Shown here piece after piece: positions 11,509 through 20,511 of a stretch of DNA of 64,000 bases. Position 1 is the first letter of the stretch, and every line of letters begins with the position of its first letter. Source of the stretch: Tagaea sp. (GTDB lineage Bacteria > Pseudomonadota > Alphaproteobacteria > CACIAM-22H2); contig CBDIIB010000005.1 in assembly GCA_965279525.1 (NCBI GenBank), forward strand, positions 992,001 through 1,056,000, written 5' to 3'. Position numbers and translations under genes: made by a program. Under the pieces are notes generated by a model. It was not told the DNA's origin and made no database searches. It saw only the letters and a program-made list of their open reading frames with translations.

Positions 11509-11930
11509 CGCGCCCCCGCGGCGGGCTTGATATCGCCGGCCAGGAGCTGCGAGGCGACGTTGATGTATTTGCGGCCGGCTTCGCGCGCCGCCTGGACGGC
11601 GGCGGCGAGCGGCTCGGTGTTGCGCACGCTGGCAAGCTTGATCAGCATCGGCAGGTTGACGCCGGCGATCACCTCGATGCGCGCGCGATCCATGATCGAG
11701 ATGGCGAGGTTGGACGGTGTACCGCCGAACATGTCGGTCAGCACGACCACGCCGGCACCGGTATCGCAGCGCGCGACGGCGGCCAATATCTCGTTGCGGC
11801 GCATCTCCATGTCGTCTTCGGGGCCGATGCAGACGGAAGCGACGTTGCGCTGCGGCCCCACCACGTGCTCGAGCGCCGAGACGAATTCGGCGGCCAGGCG
11901 GCCGTGGGTCACGAGAACGAGTCCGATCAT
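11505..11930 (-). CDS. PTS EIIA component, mannose family
   Basis: MIGLVLVTHGRLA, LTDMFGGTPSN, AGVNLPML. Confidence 0.93.
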   Translation of the reverse strand: MIGLVLVTHGRLAAEFVSALEHVVGPQRNVASVCIGPEDDMEMRRNEILAAVARCDTGAGVVVLTDMFGGTPSNLAISIMDRARIEVIAGVNLPMLIKLASVRNTEPLAAAVQAAREAGRKYINVASQLLAGDIKPAAGAR

Positions 11931-11977
11931 TTGAGACGTGCCTTCTTTCGCGTGTTGCGCGGAGCCGGAAACTAGCT

Positions 11978-12892
11978 TCATGCGAAGCTCCGGTCGAGAT
12001 CGCGGTGGACGAGGTTGACGCGTCGCCCGCCCTGGGTGAGGCGCTCGGCGAGGCGTTCGGCGACGAAGACCGAGCGATGCCGCCCGCCGGTGCAGCCGAC
12101 GGCGACGGTGAGATAGGATTTCCCTTCGGCCTCGAAGCGCGGCAGCAGCGCCACGATCATGTCGCTGAGGCCGTCGAAGAATGCGTGGAAGCCCGGGTCG
12201 CGTTCGACGAAGCGCGCCACTTCGGCATCCTTGCCGGTCAGCGGCTTGAGGTCGGGCCGGTAGTGCGGATTCGACAGGAAGCGGACGTCGAACACGAGAT
12301 CCGCTTCGCGCGGCAGCCCGTTGCGGTAGGCGAAACTTATGATCGACAGCGCCAGGCCCGCCGGCGCGTCGAGCGCGAAATCGTCCTGCACGAGGCGCTT
12401 GAGCTGGTTGGCCGAAAGCGCTGCCGTGTCGATGACCCGGTCGGCGCGCGCGCGCAACGGCTCGAGCAGGCGCCGTTCGGCCTTGATGCCGTCGACCAGC
12501 GGCCGATCAGTCGCCAGCGGATGGCGCCGGCGCGTTTCGGTGTATCGGCGCGCGAGCGTCTCGTCGTCGCAGTCGAGATAGAGCAGGCGTACGTCGAGGC
12601 CCTGTTCGCCCAGGAGCCGGTCGATCGCGGCCACCAGCGCGTCGACGCCGAAATCGCGCGTGCGCGTATCGACACCGATGGCGACCGGGCGGGCGTGGGT
12701 CGAATCTGTCTCGGAAAGGACGAGGCTCGCGAGCAGCGTAAGGGGCAGGTTGTCGACCGCTTCGTAGCCGGCATCCTCGAGAGCCCGCATGGCGGTCGAG
12801 CGGCCGGCACCGGAAAGGCCGGTCACGAGCGCGATGCGCCGGCGCGGCGTCAGGGCGGTCTGCGGTGTCGCGACGGGCAAGGGAACGATCAT
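11978..12892 (-). CDS. rapZ: RNase adapter RapZ (P-loop ATPase)
   Basis: TGLSGAGRS, AVDNLP, ETRRRHPL, FDVRFLSNP, GCTGGRHRSV. Confidence 0.95.
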   Translation of the reverse strand: MIVPLPVATPQTALTPRRRIALVTGLSGAGRSTAMRALEDAGYEAVDNLPLTLLASLVLSETDSTHARPVAIGVDTRTRDFGVDALVAAIDRLLGEQGLDVRLLYLDCDDETLARRYTETRRRHPLATDRPLVDGIKAERRLLEPLRARADRVIDTAALSANQLKRLVQDDFALDAPAGLALSIISFAYRNGLPREADLVFDVRFLSNPHYRPDLKPLTGKDAEVARFVERDPGFHAFFDGLSDMIVALLPRFEAEGKSYLTVAVGCTGGRHRSVFVAERLAERLTQGGRRVNLVHRDLDRSFA

Positions 12893-12915
12893 GATGCGGC
12901 CAAGCCCCGAGCCTG

Positions 12916-13380
12916 TCAGTGCGCGAACAGCTTGCCCTGTCGGGCAAGGCCGGCCGCGATGCGCAGTTTGGCGGCCGCCGACGCGGCCCAGGGGTCGAGG
13001 GCAAGTCGCGGCAGCTTGACGCCGAGCAGGTCGCGGGTCGACGCCTCGGGCAGCCGGTCGATGGCCGTACGATCCGTCAGGTCGACGACCAGCCCCAGCT
13101 TCGCGCTGTCCGCGCAGGCCCCTTCAACGCCGTCGAGATGCACGATTCCGATGCCTCTTACTTCCAACAGACCGGCAATATTGCCGGGAGCGGTTGCCCA
13201 GATCGCGTTGCCGCGCCGTTCGAGATCGACCCTGTCATCGGCCACCAGCCGAGCCCCGCCATCGACGAGCCGCAGCGCGAGGTCCGATTTTCCGCTGCCC
13301 GACGGTCCGCACAATAAAACGCCAATCTCGGCAAGAACGACACAGGTGCCATGAACCTGAAGAGTGAGCGGGTCCGTCAC
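12916..13380 (-). CDS. hprK: HPr kinase/phosphorylase, short alphaproteobacterial C-terminal-only form
   Basis: HGTCV, GPSGSGKSDLALRL, LVADDRV, LLEVRGIGI. Confidence 0.92.
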   Translation of the reverse strand: MTDPLTLQVHGTCVVLAEIGVLLCGPSGSGKSDLALRLVDGGARLVADDRVDLERRGNAIWATAPGNIAGLLEVRGIGIVHLDGVEGACADSAKLGLVVDLTDRTAIDRLPEASTRDLLGVKLPRLALDPWAASAAAKLRIAAGLARQGKLFAH

Positions 13381-13388
13381 GCGGCAAT

Positions 13389-13475
13389 AAACTGCGGCTG
13401 TTCCGAATCGATGTCAATCTTGACTCTTTGCACTGCACAAATTCCAAGCAAGGTATTTTTAGGTATTTAAATACC
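13389..13475 (-). promoter_or_regulatory. Probable internal promoter for hprK-rapZ-PTS genes with upstream AT-rich palindrome
   Basis: Minus-strand TTGACA (13412-13417), 17 bp spacer, CAGTTT; perfect palindrome GGTATTTAAATACC at 13462-13475; AGGTATTT repeated 10 bp apart. Confidence 0.5.
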
Positions 13476-13490
13476 GCGAATTTTACGGCT

Positions 13491-15158
13491 TTACGCAGCC
13501 GGAAGCCGGATCCGGAATCGGGCGCCACGGATTTCCCCATTGGAATCATGGCGATTTTCGGCCTCGATCACGCCGCCGTGGGCTTCGACGATCTGACGGG
13601 AGATCGACAGGCCCAGACCGGAGTGGGTTCCGAATTTTTCGGCCGCCGGGCGCTCGGAATAGAACCTTTCGAAGATCGATTCGAGCTTGTCGGCCGGTAT
13701 GCCGGGGCCGTCGTCGTCGATTGTCACGGTGACAAACTCGCCCGCCCGGCCCACGGCGATCCGGACCTCGGCCCCGGGCGGGCTGAAAGACTGCGCATTC
13801 GCGATCACATTGCGGAAGACCTGGCCGAGCCGGTCGGCGATGCCCATCACGGCGAACGGGCCGGCGCCGGCCCGGGTCAGGACGGGCTTCGCCTGGTCGG
13901 GCTTGGCGACGGCAGAAAGCGCGTCGACCAGCCCGCCGAGCACTTCGGAAAGATCGACGGGCTCGGCATTGGTGCGGCTGAGTTCGGCATCCAGACGCGA
14001 GGCTCCAGCGATGTCGGTGATCAGCCGGTCGAGCCTTGCGACGTCGTCGAGCACGATGGCCATCAGCTTCTCGCGGACGGCAAGGTCGGGAACCCGTGCG
14101 GCCGTCTCGACGGCACTCTTGAGCGACGTCAGCGGGTTCTTGAGCTCGTGCGCGACGTCGGCCGCGAACCGGTCGATGGCGTCAAGGCGGCGCGACAGCG
14201 CGTCGGTCATCTCCCGCAGGGCCGCGGACAGGTCGCCGATTTCATCGCCGCGCGCCGACAGGTCGGGAATGGCGCCGGCGAGTGCCGCCCCCGCCCCCAG
14301 CGTGCCGCCGATCCGCGCGCGTGTCCCGCCGGTGCGCACCCGGTCGGCGGCCCGCGCGAGCCGGCGGATCGGTCGCGCGATCGTGCCGGCAAGATAGAGC
14401 GACAACAGGACGGTCAGCAGAAGCGTGACGCCCGCAACCCGCAGGATGTCGCGCCGCACGGTGCGCAGCGCGACCTCGATGTTGCGCCCGTCGCTCGACA
14501 GCATCAGGGCGCCCAGCACCTGCTTGAAGCGCTGGACCGGAACGGCGACCGACAGCAGGACCTGGCCGCTTGCGGTCCGCCGCACCGCCCGTCCACCGTC
14601 GCCGACGAGGGCCGCGATCGCTTCCTCGTAGTCGAGGGCGACCGGATCGCGCCGCTCGCGATAGAGCGGCAGGTTGAGATTGCCGGCAAGCCCGCCGCCG
14701 AAAAAGTCCGACAGCGCGTCGACCGTGCGGCCGGGCAGCGGCGCCGCGGGCTCGGGCGGCGGCAGGATCTCGACTTCGACCGCGAGGCTGCCCTGCCCCA
14801 ACACACGGGTGTCGGCCAGCAGCATCCCGGTGAAGTCGAACAGGCGGGCGCGCACGCGCGTCGGCTCGACGAGACGGCGCAGGATCTGGCGCGCGACGTC
14901 GGGAGCAAGTCGGTCGTCGCGCTCCTCGTCGTCCGGATCGGCGACCGAGACGGCCGCCTCGCCCAGTGCCGCCGCGATGATCTGGCTTTGGGTGGACAGG
15001 GCCTGCAGCTCGGACTCGATCAGGCCGCGGCGGAAATCGTCGAGATAGAGCACGCCCGCCGCCAGCAGAAGCAGCGGCAGCATGTTCAAGAACAGGATGC
15101 GCCGGGTGAGCGGCGAGAAACTTCGGCGGAAACCGAACCGGACGGCCATGGCTGGCAT
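13491..15158 (-). CDS. chvG: Sensor histidine kinase ChvG/ExoS/BvrS
   Basis: SPLTRRILFLN TM1, stimulus-sensing periplasmic domain, HAMP, DVAHELKNPLTSL, FERFYSERP, HSGLGLSIS; upstream of hprK. Start uncertain (15149 or 15158). Confidence 0.92.
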   Translation of the reverse strand: MPAMAVRFGFRRSFSPLTRRILFLNMLPLLLLAAGVLYLDDFRRGLIESELQALSTQSQIIAAALGEAAVSVADPDDEERDDRLAPDVARQILRRLVEPTRVRARLFDFTGMLLADTRVLGQGSLAVEVEILPPPEPAAPLPGRTVDALSDFFGGGLAGNLNLPLYRERRDPVALDYEEAIAALVGDGGRAVRRTASGQVLLSVAVPVQRFKQVLGALMLSSDGRNIEVALRTVRRDILRVAGVTLLLTVLLSLYLAGTIARPIRRLARAADRVRTGGTRARIGGTLGAGAALAGAIPDLSARGDEIGDLSAALREMTDALSRRLDAIDRFAADVAHELKNPLTSLKSAVETAARVPDLAVREKLMAIVLDDVARLDRLITDIAGASRLDAELSRTNAEPVDLSEVLGGLVDALSAVAKPDQAKPVLTRAGAGPFAVMGIADRLGQVFRNVIANAQSFSPPGAEVRIAVGRAGEFVTVTIDDDGPGIPADKLESIFERFYSERPAAEKFGTHSGLGLSISRQIVEAHGGVIEAENRHDSNGEIRGARFRIRLPAA

Positions 15159-15235
15159 TTTAGCGAAGGCCGTGGCGAGATTGCGGCGCGAATTCCAGGC
15201 TCCGGGAATACTCACCCGGCATAAGATTGTATACC

Positions 15236-15267
15236 TTGACGCTTTTCTGATTGTTCTTTAGACGTTC
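15236..15267 (+). promoter_or_regulatory. Sigma70-type promoter overlapped by an alphaproteobacterial LexA (SOS) box
   Basis: TTGACG (15236-15241), 17 bp spacer, TAGACG (15259-15264); GTTC-tttagac-GTTC at 15253-15267 matches GTTC-N7-GTTC exactly. Confidence 0.72.
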
Positions 15268-15293
15268 TCTCCACCTTCGGATGTGGAGAGAAC
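15264..15293 (+). promoter_or_regulatory. Inverted repeat occluding the Shine-Dalgarno of the 15295 ORF
   Basis: GTTCTCTCCAC-cttcggat-GTGGAGAGAAC, perfect 11-bp stem; the 3' arm contains GGAGAG immediately before ATG 15295. Confidence 0.65.
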
Positions 15294-15294
15294 C

Positions 15295-16848
15295 ATGCTT
15301 CAGTCGCCTGAGAATCTTCTGACCCCTTACGCACCCCGCCGCCGCCCGTCGACCCCGGGCGCCGGCGCCGGTGGCTGGTTCGACCTCGACGACTGGGTCG
15401 GCCCCGGCCATCCGAGCACGCGCCCGGACATCGCCAAGCTCGAAGCGATCCTCGCCAACAGCGGGGATTTTCCGATGGAGCGCTTCCAGGGCCCGACCGG
15501 CTACTGGGGCGGCGCGCTCGATCAGGGGATCCGCAGCTACCAGAAGCGCAACGGCCTGAAGGTCGACGGCGCATTGCGCCCCGGCGGCCCGACGATCAGC
15601 CACATGCGCGATTCGTTCGCCAACCTGTTCGACGGCCACGAGCCGCCGACGGTCGAGGACATCGACGCGCATCAAAACGGCGTCGGCGACGACGATCCCG
15701 GGACCATCGCGTGGCGCAAGCCCGCCGTCGACCTGTCGCAGATCCCCGGGCTGCCGGAGATCGACCAGGAAGCCGACGCGTCGAACGTCCGCCTCGTGCG
15801 CGCGATGCTGCGCACCGGCGACATCGAGGGCTACGCGCCGCTGATGCGCGACGCCATCGACCAGGGCGGCAAGAACGCGCTCGCCGAAGTCCGCGACCTC
15901 ACGCTGAAGCTCGATGACGCCTCGCCGGGCCTCGGCGGCCGGTTCGCCGGCTACATCTACGACGGAATGACGAAGGCCCAGCGCGACAGGCTTCAGATCA
16001 AGATGCAGGGCGGCCAGCCGCTCGGCACGGTCCAGGTGGCTCAGGTCGGCGAGATTGTTGACGCCGGAATACTGGGATTGCTCGGAATCGGCACGTTGGC
16101 CAGCGTCATGAATGCGGCAGAAGGCACGCGCAAAGCATTGAGTCCGGGCGAAGTCCCGGGCTCACCGCCGCCACTCGTCCCGCCCGACGATCCGACGCGT
16201 ACGCGGCCGGGGTACGAGGAGATCCCGACGGCCATCGCCGGGCCGACGCATACCGGCCATCCAGCGGAAACGCCGAAGGCTTCGGATGGTATCGAGACGT
16301 TCCCGGCGAAGCCGGGAGAGCGCCGCAAGCAGATCGTCGACGGAATCGTCGCTGAACTGTTCCCGAATATCCTCGAGGCCCGCTACGACGACAAGCGGGG
16401 AACCAAGTGGACGGTGAAAGGAACCAATATCGCCATCCAAGAGATCAGAGATGCGATCGATGATTCCGACATTCCGGAAGATATCGTTCATACCGGCGGC
16501 GGATCCATCGAAGGTGAAGAAGAAGTACACCAGAAGGAAGAGACGATCTGGCACGATGACGGTACGTTCAATCGGCCGGATACGTCCCACCGCGCCGAGG
16601 GCATCAAAGACGACAAGGCATCCATCCAATTCAACACGACAAGTCGAAAAGCTGACGGATCGCTGACGAAGCGCGAGCGGGCAGCTCTCGCGCGTCTGAA
16701 GGGAAAGCTTGGCGACGACGTCATGGGTGACTTGCCGAAGATGCTTGAAGGGCAAAGCGAAGAAGAGTATCGCGCGCTCGTACGGCCAATGATCCGCGAT
16801 GCGGTAAGCAAATTGCGTGACCGGTTGCGCAAAATCCGGGAAGAATGA
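15295..16848 (+). CDS. Peptidoglycan-binding-domain protein with variable, putative toxin (nuclease-like) C-terminus
   Basis: PGBD-like motif TGYWGGALDQGIRSYQKRNGLKVDGALRPGGPT; then a hydrophobic helix, Pro-rich linker and a C-terminal domain with visibly lower GC3. Confidence 0.75.
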   Translation: MLQSPENLLTPYAPRRRPSTPGAGAGGWFDLDDWVGPGHPSTRPDIAKLEAILANSGDFPMERFQGPTGYWGGALDQGIRSYQKRNGLKVDGALRPGGPTISHMRDSFANLFDGHEPPTVEDIDAHQNGVGDDDPGTIAWRKPAVDLSQIPGLPEIDQEADASNVRLVRAMLRTGDIEGYAPLMRDAIDQGGKNALAEVRDLTLKLDDASPGLGGRFAGYIYDGMTKAQRDRLQIKMQGGQPLGTVQVAQVGEIVDAGILGLLGIGTLASVMNAAEGTRKALSPGEVPGSPPPLVPPDDPTRTRPGYEEIPTAIAGPTHTGHPAETPKASDGIETFPAKPGERRKQIVDGIVAELFPNILEARYDDKRGTKWTVKGTNIAIQEIRDAIDDSDIPEDIVHTGGGSIEGEEEVHQKEETIWHDDGTFNRPDTSHRAEGIKDDKASIQFNTTSRKADGSLTKRERAALARLKGKLGDDVMGDLPKMLEGQSEEEYRALVRPMIRDAVSKLRDRLRKIREE

Positions 16849-16852
16849 AGCG

Positions 16853-17626
16853 ATGGATTTCGATGAAATGCGCCGTGAAGGCCCGACTCCAGCGGTCATT
16901 CCGAATGCCGGCCGGCGACAGGAAGTCTACTGGATGATCGACGACGCGCAGCGATATGCCGTCCTGCTGCGCAAGGCATTCCCGAAAATCATGTTCTATG
17001 AAACCTTCGAGAAAACAGATGATCTAGAAGAGAAGCCTACAATCCGGATTCTCGATCGTCTTGACGATCCAACGATCCGCAATCACGTAGGTGCGTTTGT
17101 CCCATATGATGGCTGGATACCCAATCTGGTTCGTATCAAAGGTCCAACGCAGAAATTGCGATGGACCTGGTCACGCTATCTGTCGCCGCGCCTACGGTTT
17201 CCTGTCTGGTACGGCCCGAATGCACGACCGGCGGAATGGCGCACGGAACCCGATGCGCCACGCGTCGAGACATGGACAGGCACCAGCATCCTGACTTCCT
17301 ACCGTCGCGAACTGCCGGACGAAGGCCGCATTTCGGACAGGTTTGTCGCGCTGGCACGAAAGCTCTGCATCCGGACCGTGCCGGTCCTATGGAAGTCGAG
17401 CCGCGAATTTCTCGAGGGTGACGGCAAGGTGGCGCGCGGCGGACTCTTGGTCGGTGACGGCTGGACGACACCGGCCGCCGCAGCGTGGTGTCTTGCCGCG
17501 CCCGGTCGGGTGCTTGGGTTCAGTGCTTCTGCCTCCGGAGGCGCGCACGGTTGCCTGCCTGTCGAACTCGTCCCCGACTCATGGTGGGGCGACATTCCGA
17601 AGCCCAAATGGGCCCAGCGCCCTTAG
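16853..17626 (+). CDS. Hypothetical protein, candidate cognate immunity protein
   Basis: ATG 4 bp after the upstream stop; lower GC like the upstream C-terminus; Trp/aromatic-rich; no recognised family. Confidence 0.65.
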   Translation: MDFDEMRREGPTPAVIPNAGRRQEVYWMIDDAQRYAVLLRKAFPKIMFYETFEKTDDLEEKPTIRILDRLDDPTIRNHVGAFVPYDGWIPNLVRIKGPTQKLRWTWSRYLSPRLRFPVWYGPNARPAEWRTEPDAPRVETWTGTSILTSYRRELPDEGRISDRFVALARKLCIRTVPVLWKSSREFLEGDGKVARGGLLVGDGWTTPAAAAWCLAAPGRVLGFSASASGGAHGCLPVELVPDSWWGDIPKPKWAQRP

Positions 17627-17647
17627 GCGCCGATGCGGCCCCCGCCC

Positions 17648-18406
17648 CTACTTCTCCTTGTAACGATACCCCAGGCCGTAGAGCGTCTCGATCTGCGTGA
17701 AATCCGCGTCGACGGCCTTGAACTTCTTGCGCAGGCGCTTGACGTGGCTGTCGATCGTGCGGTCGTCGACGTAGATCGACTCGCCGTAGGCAAGGTCCAT
17801 CAGCTGGTCGCGGCTCTTGACGAGGCCCGGACGCTGGGCGAGCGCTTTCAGCAGCATGAACTCGGTGACGGTCAGCGTCACCGGCTGGCCCTTCCACGTG
17901 CACAAATGCCGTTCGGGATCGAGGGCAAGCTCGCCGCGCACCATCGGCGGCTCGGCGGTCGCCGAGGGCGCTTCGCCGGAATCCGCCGCGCGGTTCGCGG
18001 CCTGGCGGCGCAGCAGGGCGCGGATGCGCTCGACCAGCAGGCGCTGCGAGAAGGGCTTGGTGATGTAGTCGTCCGCACCCAGGCGCAGGCCCATCACCTC
18101 GTCCACCTCGTCGTCCTTCGACGTGAGGAAGATCACCGGCAGGCGCGAATGCGCGCGGATGCGCTCGAGCAGCTGCATGCCGTCCATGCGCGGCATCTTG
18201 ATGTCGAGGATCGCGAGGTCCGGCGGCTCGGCCAGCAACACTTTCAGCGCCTCGGTGCCGTCGGTCCAGCTGCGCACCTTGAAGCCTTCGGCTTCAAGGG
18301 CGACCGAAACGGAGGCGAGGATGTTGCGGTCGTCGTCGACGAGGGCGATGGTCGCTTGCGGAGCCGGGCTGGGGGTCATCGTTTCGATCTTGAGCGAGAG
18401 GGCCAT
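17648..18406 (-). CDS. chvI: OmpR-family response regulator ChvI/BvrR
   Basis: [69 protein letters not shown]. Start 18379 or 18406. Confidence 0.95.
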   Translation of the reverse strand: MALSLKIETMTPSPAPQATIALVDDDRNILASVSVALEAEGFKVRSWTDGTEALKVLLAEPPDLAILDIKMPRMDGMQLLERIRAHSRLPVIFLTSKDDEVDEVMGLRLGADDYITKPFSQRLLVERIRALLRRQAANRAADSGEAPSATAEPPMVRGELALDPERHLCTWKGQPVTLTVTEFMLLKALAQRPGLVKSRDQLMDLAYGESIYVDDRTIDSHVKRLRKKFKAVDADFTQIETLYGLGYRYKEK

Positions 18407-18564
18407 GGCGGATCGGGTCCTCGGAATGTCCGGAATTGCGGGCAGTGGGTGAGGCCTACAATCTGGTGCCCGAATGCGGCCCAAATTGGGCGGCGTTTTG
18501 CCCGTTTCCGGACGCGCCGAAGCATCCGATAATCGATGCGCGCACTATAGGGAGAATCGCACGC

Positions 18565-19320
18565 ATGTCGACCGCCGAACCGGCACAAGCCCCAGTCCCC
18601 GATCCGCTACTCCTTGCCCGGCAGGTGGCGCGCGGCTGCGACCGGGCGGCCCTTGCCGCCGTCGCGCGCGCCGATACGCCCGAGTCGGGTGCCCCTTATG
18701 CCAGCCTCGTCCAGGTCGCCTTCGACCACGACGCCAGCCCGATCCTGCTGATTTCCACCCTCGCCGACCACACCAAGAACCTGCTCGCCGACCCGCGCTG
18801 CTCGCTGTTGTTCGACGGCACGGCGGGCCTCGCCGAGCCGTTGACCGGCCCGCGCGTCAGCCTGCAGGGGACCGCCCGGCCGACGTCCGACGCCCGGATC
18901 GCCGAGCGTTATCTCGCGCGCTTTCCGGGTGCGCGCATGTACGCCGGTTTCAAGGACTTCGCCTTCTGGACGGTGGCACCGGGACGGGCACACCTCGTCG
19001 CCGGCTTCGGGCGCATCCGCTGGTTCGACGCGTTCGCGTTCGACGCATCAGGCGCAGGCGATCTCGCCGCCGGCGAGACAGACGTGATCGCACACATGAA
19101 CGCCGACCATGCGGACGCCGTCGCACTCTACGCGACGAAGCTTGCGGGCCGAGCGGCCGGCGACTGGTCGATGACCGGCGTGGATCCGGAAGGCTTCGAC
19201 CTGCGCGAGGCGGTTCGCGGCGAAAGCGCGCGTCTTGCCTTCGACAAGCCCGTGCACGATCCCGAGACGGCGCGGGTCGAGCTCGTGCGGCTGGTCAAGC
19301 GCGCGCGGGCGGCGGGCTGA
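18565..19320 (+). CDS. HugZ/pyridoxamine 5'-phosphate oxidase-like split-barrel protein with DUF2470-type C-terminus
   Basis: PYASLV, LISTLADHTKNL, HLVAGFGRI, IAHMNADH, GVDPEGFDL. Confidence 0.88.
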   Translation: MSTAEPAQAPVPDPLLLARQVARGCDRAALAAVARADTPESGAPYASLVQVAFDHDASPILLISTLADHTKNLLADPRCSLLFDGTAGLAEPLTGPRVSLQGTARPTSDARIAERYLARFPGARMYAGFKDFAFWTVAPGRAHLVAGFGRIRWFDAFAFDASGAGDLAAGETDVIAHMNADHADAVALYATKLAGRAAGDWSMTGVDPEGFDLREAVRGESARLAFDKPVHDPETARVELVRLVKRARAAG

Positions 19321-19323
19321 GAG

Positions 19324-20487
19324 CTATTCTTTAAGGACGAATTCGCGCGGCGCGTTCTCTGCGAAATACGCATGCGCCGGCGCCACGTCCGCAAGGTCTC
19401 GGTGCTGCAGGCCGAAGAAGAACGGCGTCTGGTCGGGACGGTGGATGTTGAGCTTGACGTTGAAAGCATCCAGCGAAACGTCGGTGCGGATCGGATACCG
19501 GAACGCCTTGATGTCGAACGTCCCCGGCCCGATCTCGTCGCCGGTCAGATAGAGCTTCAGGCTCGATACCTTCTCGGTGCCGAGCAGCACGTTGTCGAAA
19601 TCCTGCAGGCGGCGCTGGGATAGCCCCATGAAACGGGGCGCGTCGAGATTGCGGTAGATGTTGCCGAACAGCGGCGGGCCTTCAACCATCGGCCGGTCGA
19701 AGGAGCCGATCAGGATCTGGCCCGGCAACGCGGCATCGACAAGCTGGGTGACGAGATCTCGCACCTCACCGAGCACGTCGTTGTGGATGACCGGGCTTGC
19801 GCCGCCGCGCGGCAACGAGAACTCCCAGCCGGCCCCGACGGTGAAGGCGGCCTTCACGACGGGTGCCGTGCGCGCGTCGCGCGCGCGTGCCAGACCGTTC
19901 TCGGCAAGTGCAAGGGCGATCAGGCAGAAGAGGTCGATGTCCGCGCGGTAGCCCTGGCGCCGGTTCCACAACCGGTAGCCCGCGGCCGTGGCACTGCGAC
20001 CCAGATCGATCTCGGAACCGAGATCGGCGATGCGGCGGGCCGCGATGTTGATCGAGTAGGAGAGTGTCGCGAGCTGGGCGATCTGCTCGGCCGTGGCGAG
20101 GCGGGCGAACCCGTCGATCTCGATGCGGCCCATCGCGTGGAACGGGGAACGGCGGATCGCGTAGCGCTGGACGCTCTGGGCAAGCGCCGCTTTCATCTGC
20201 GGCGTCGTCCACCAGCCGCCGGCCGGGATCGAATCGATGCGCAGGTTCGCGCGCTGCGCCACCTTGATCAGCGCCTTCGCGTCGAGCGGGTCGCCGCGCA
20301 GCAAGGCGGGTTCTGCGTCGGCCAGTTGTGGCAGGTCGGCGATCTGCGCCATCGCCACGACGAGGTCTTCCTTGTCGAGCGTCCAGCCGGCGACGAACCA
20401 GGCGCCCTCGCGCCACAGCTCCACCATGCGCCGGTCGATGGCGTGGAGGGCCGAGCGTGGATCGGAAATCGTCGCGGTTTCTGACAT
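19324..20487 (-). CDS. Hypothetical protein, possible degenerate class III nucleotide cyclase fold
   Basis: Host-like codon usage; motif spacing RIEIDGF...SATAAGY...VLGEV...ALPGQILIG. Confidence 0.6.
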   Translation of the reverse strand: MSETATISDPRSALHAIDRRMVELWREGAWFVAGWTLDKEDLVVAMAQIADLPQLADAEPALLRGDPLDAKALIKVAQRANLRIDSIPAGGWWTTPQMKAALAQSVQRYAIRRSPFHAMGRIEIDGFARLATAEQIAQLATLSYSINIAARRIADLGSEIDLGRSATAAGYRLWNRRQGYRADIDLFCLIALALAENGLARARDARTAPVVKAAFTVGAGWEFSLPRGGASPVIHNDVLGEVRDLVTQLVDAALPGQILIGSFDRPMVEGPPLFGNIYRNLDAPRFMGLSQRRLQDFDNVLLGTEKVSSLKLYLTGDEIGPGTFDIKAFRYPIRTDVSLDAFNVKLNIHRPDQTPFFFGLQHRDLADVAPAHAYFAENAPREFVLKE

Positions 20488-20511
20488 GCGGGGCAGCATG
20501 GCTACGCAACC

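Noticed and set aside
15160-17647. Transposon or prophage explanation for the chvI-chvG insert
   Set aside because: No transposase, integrase, terminal inverted repeats or target duplication seen
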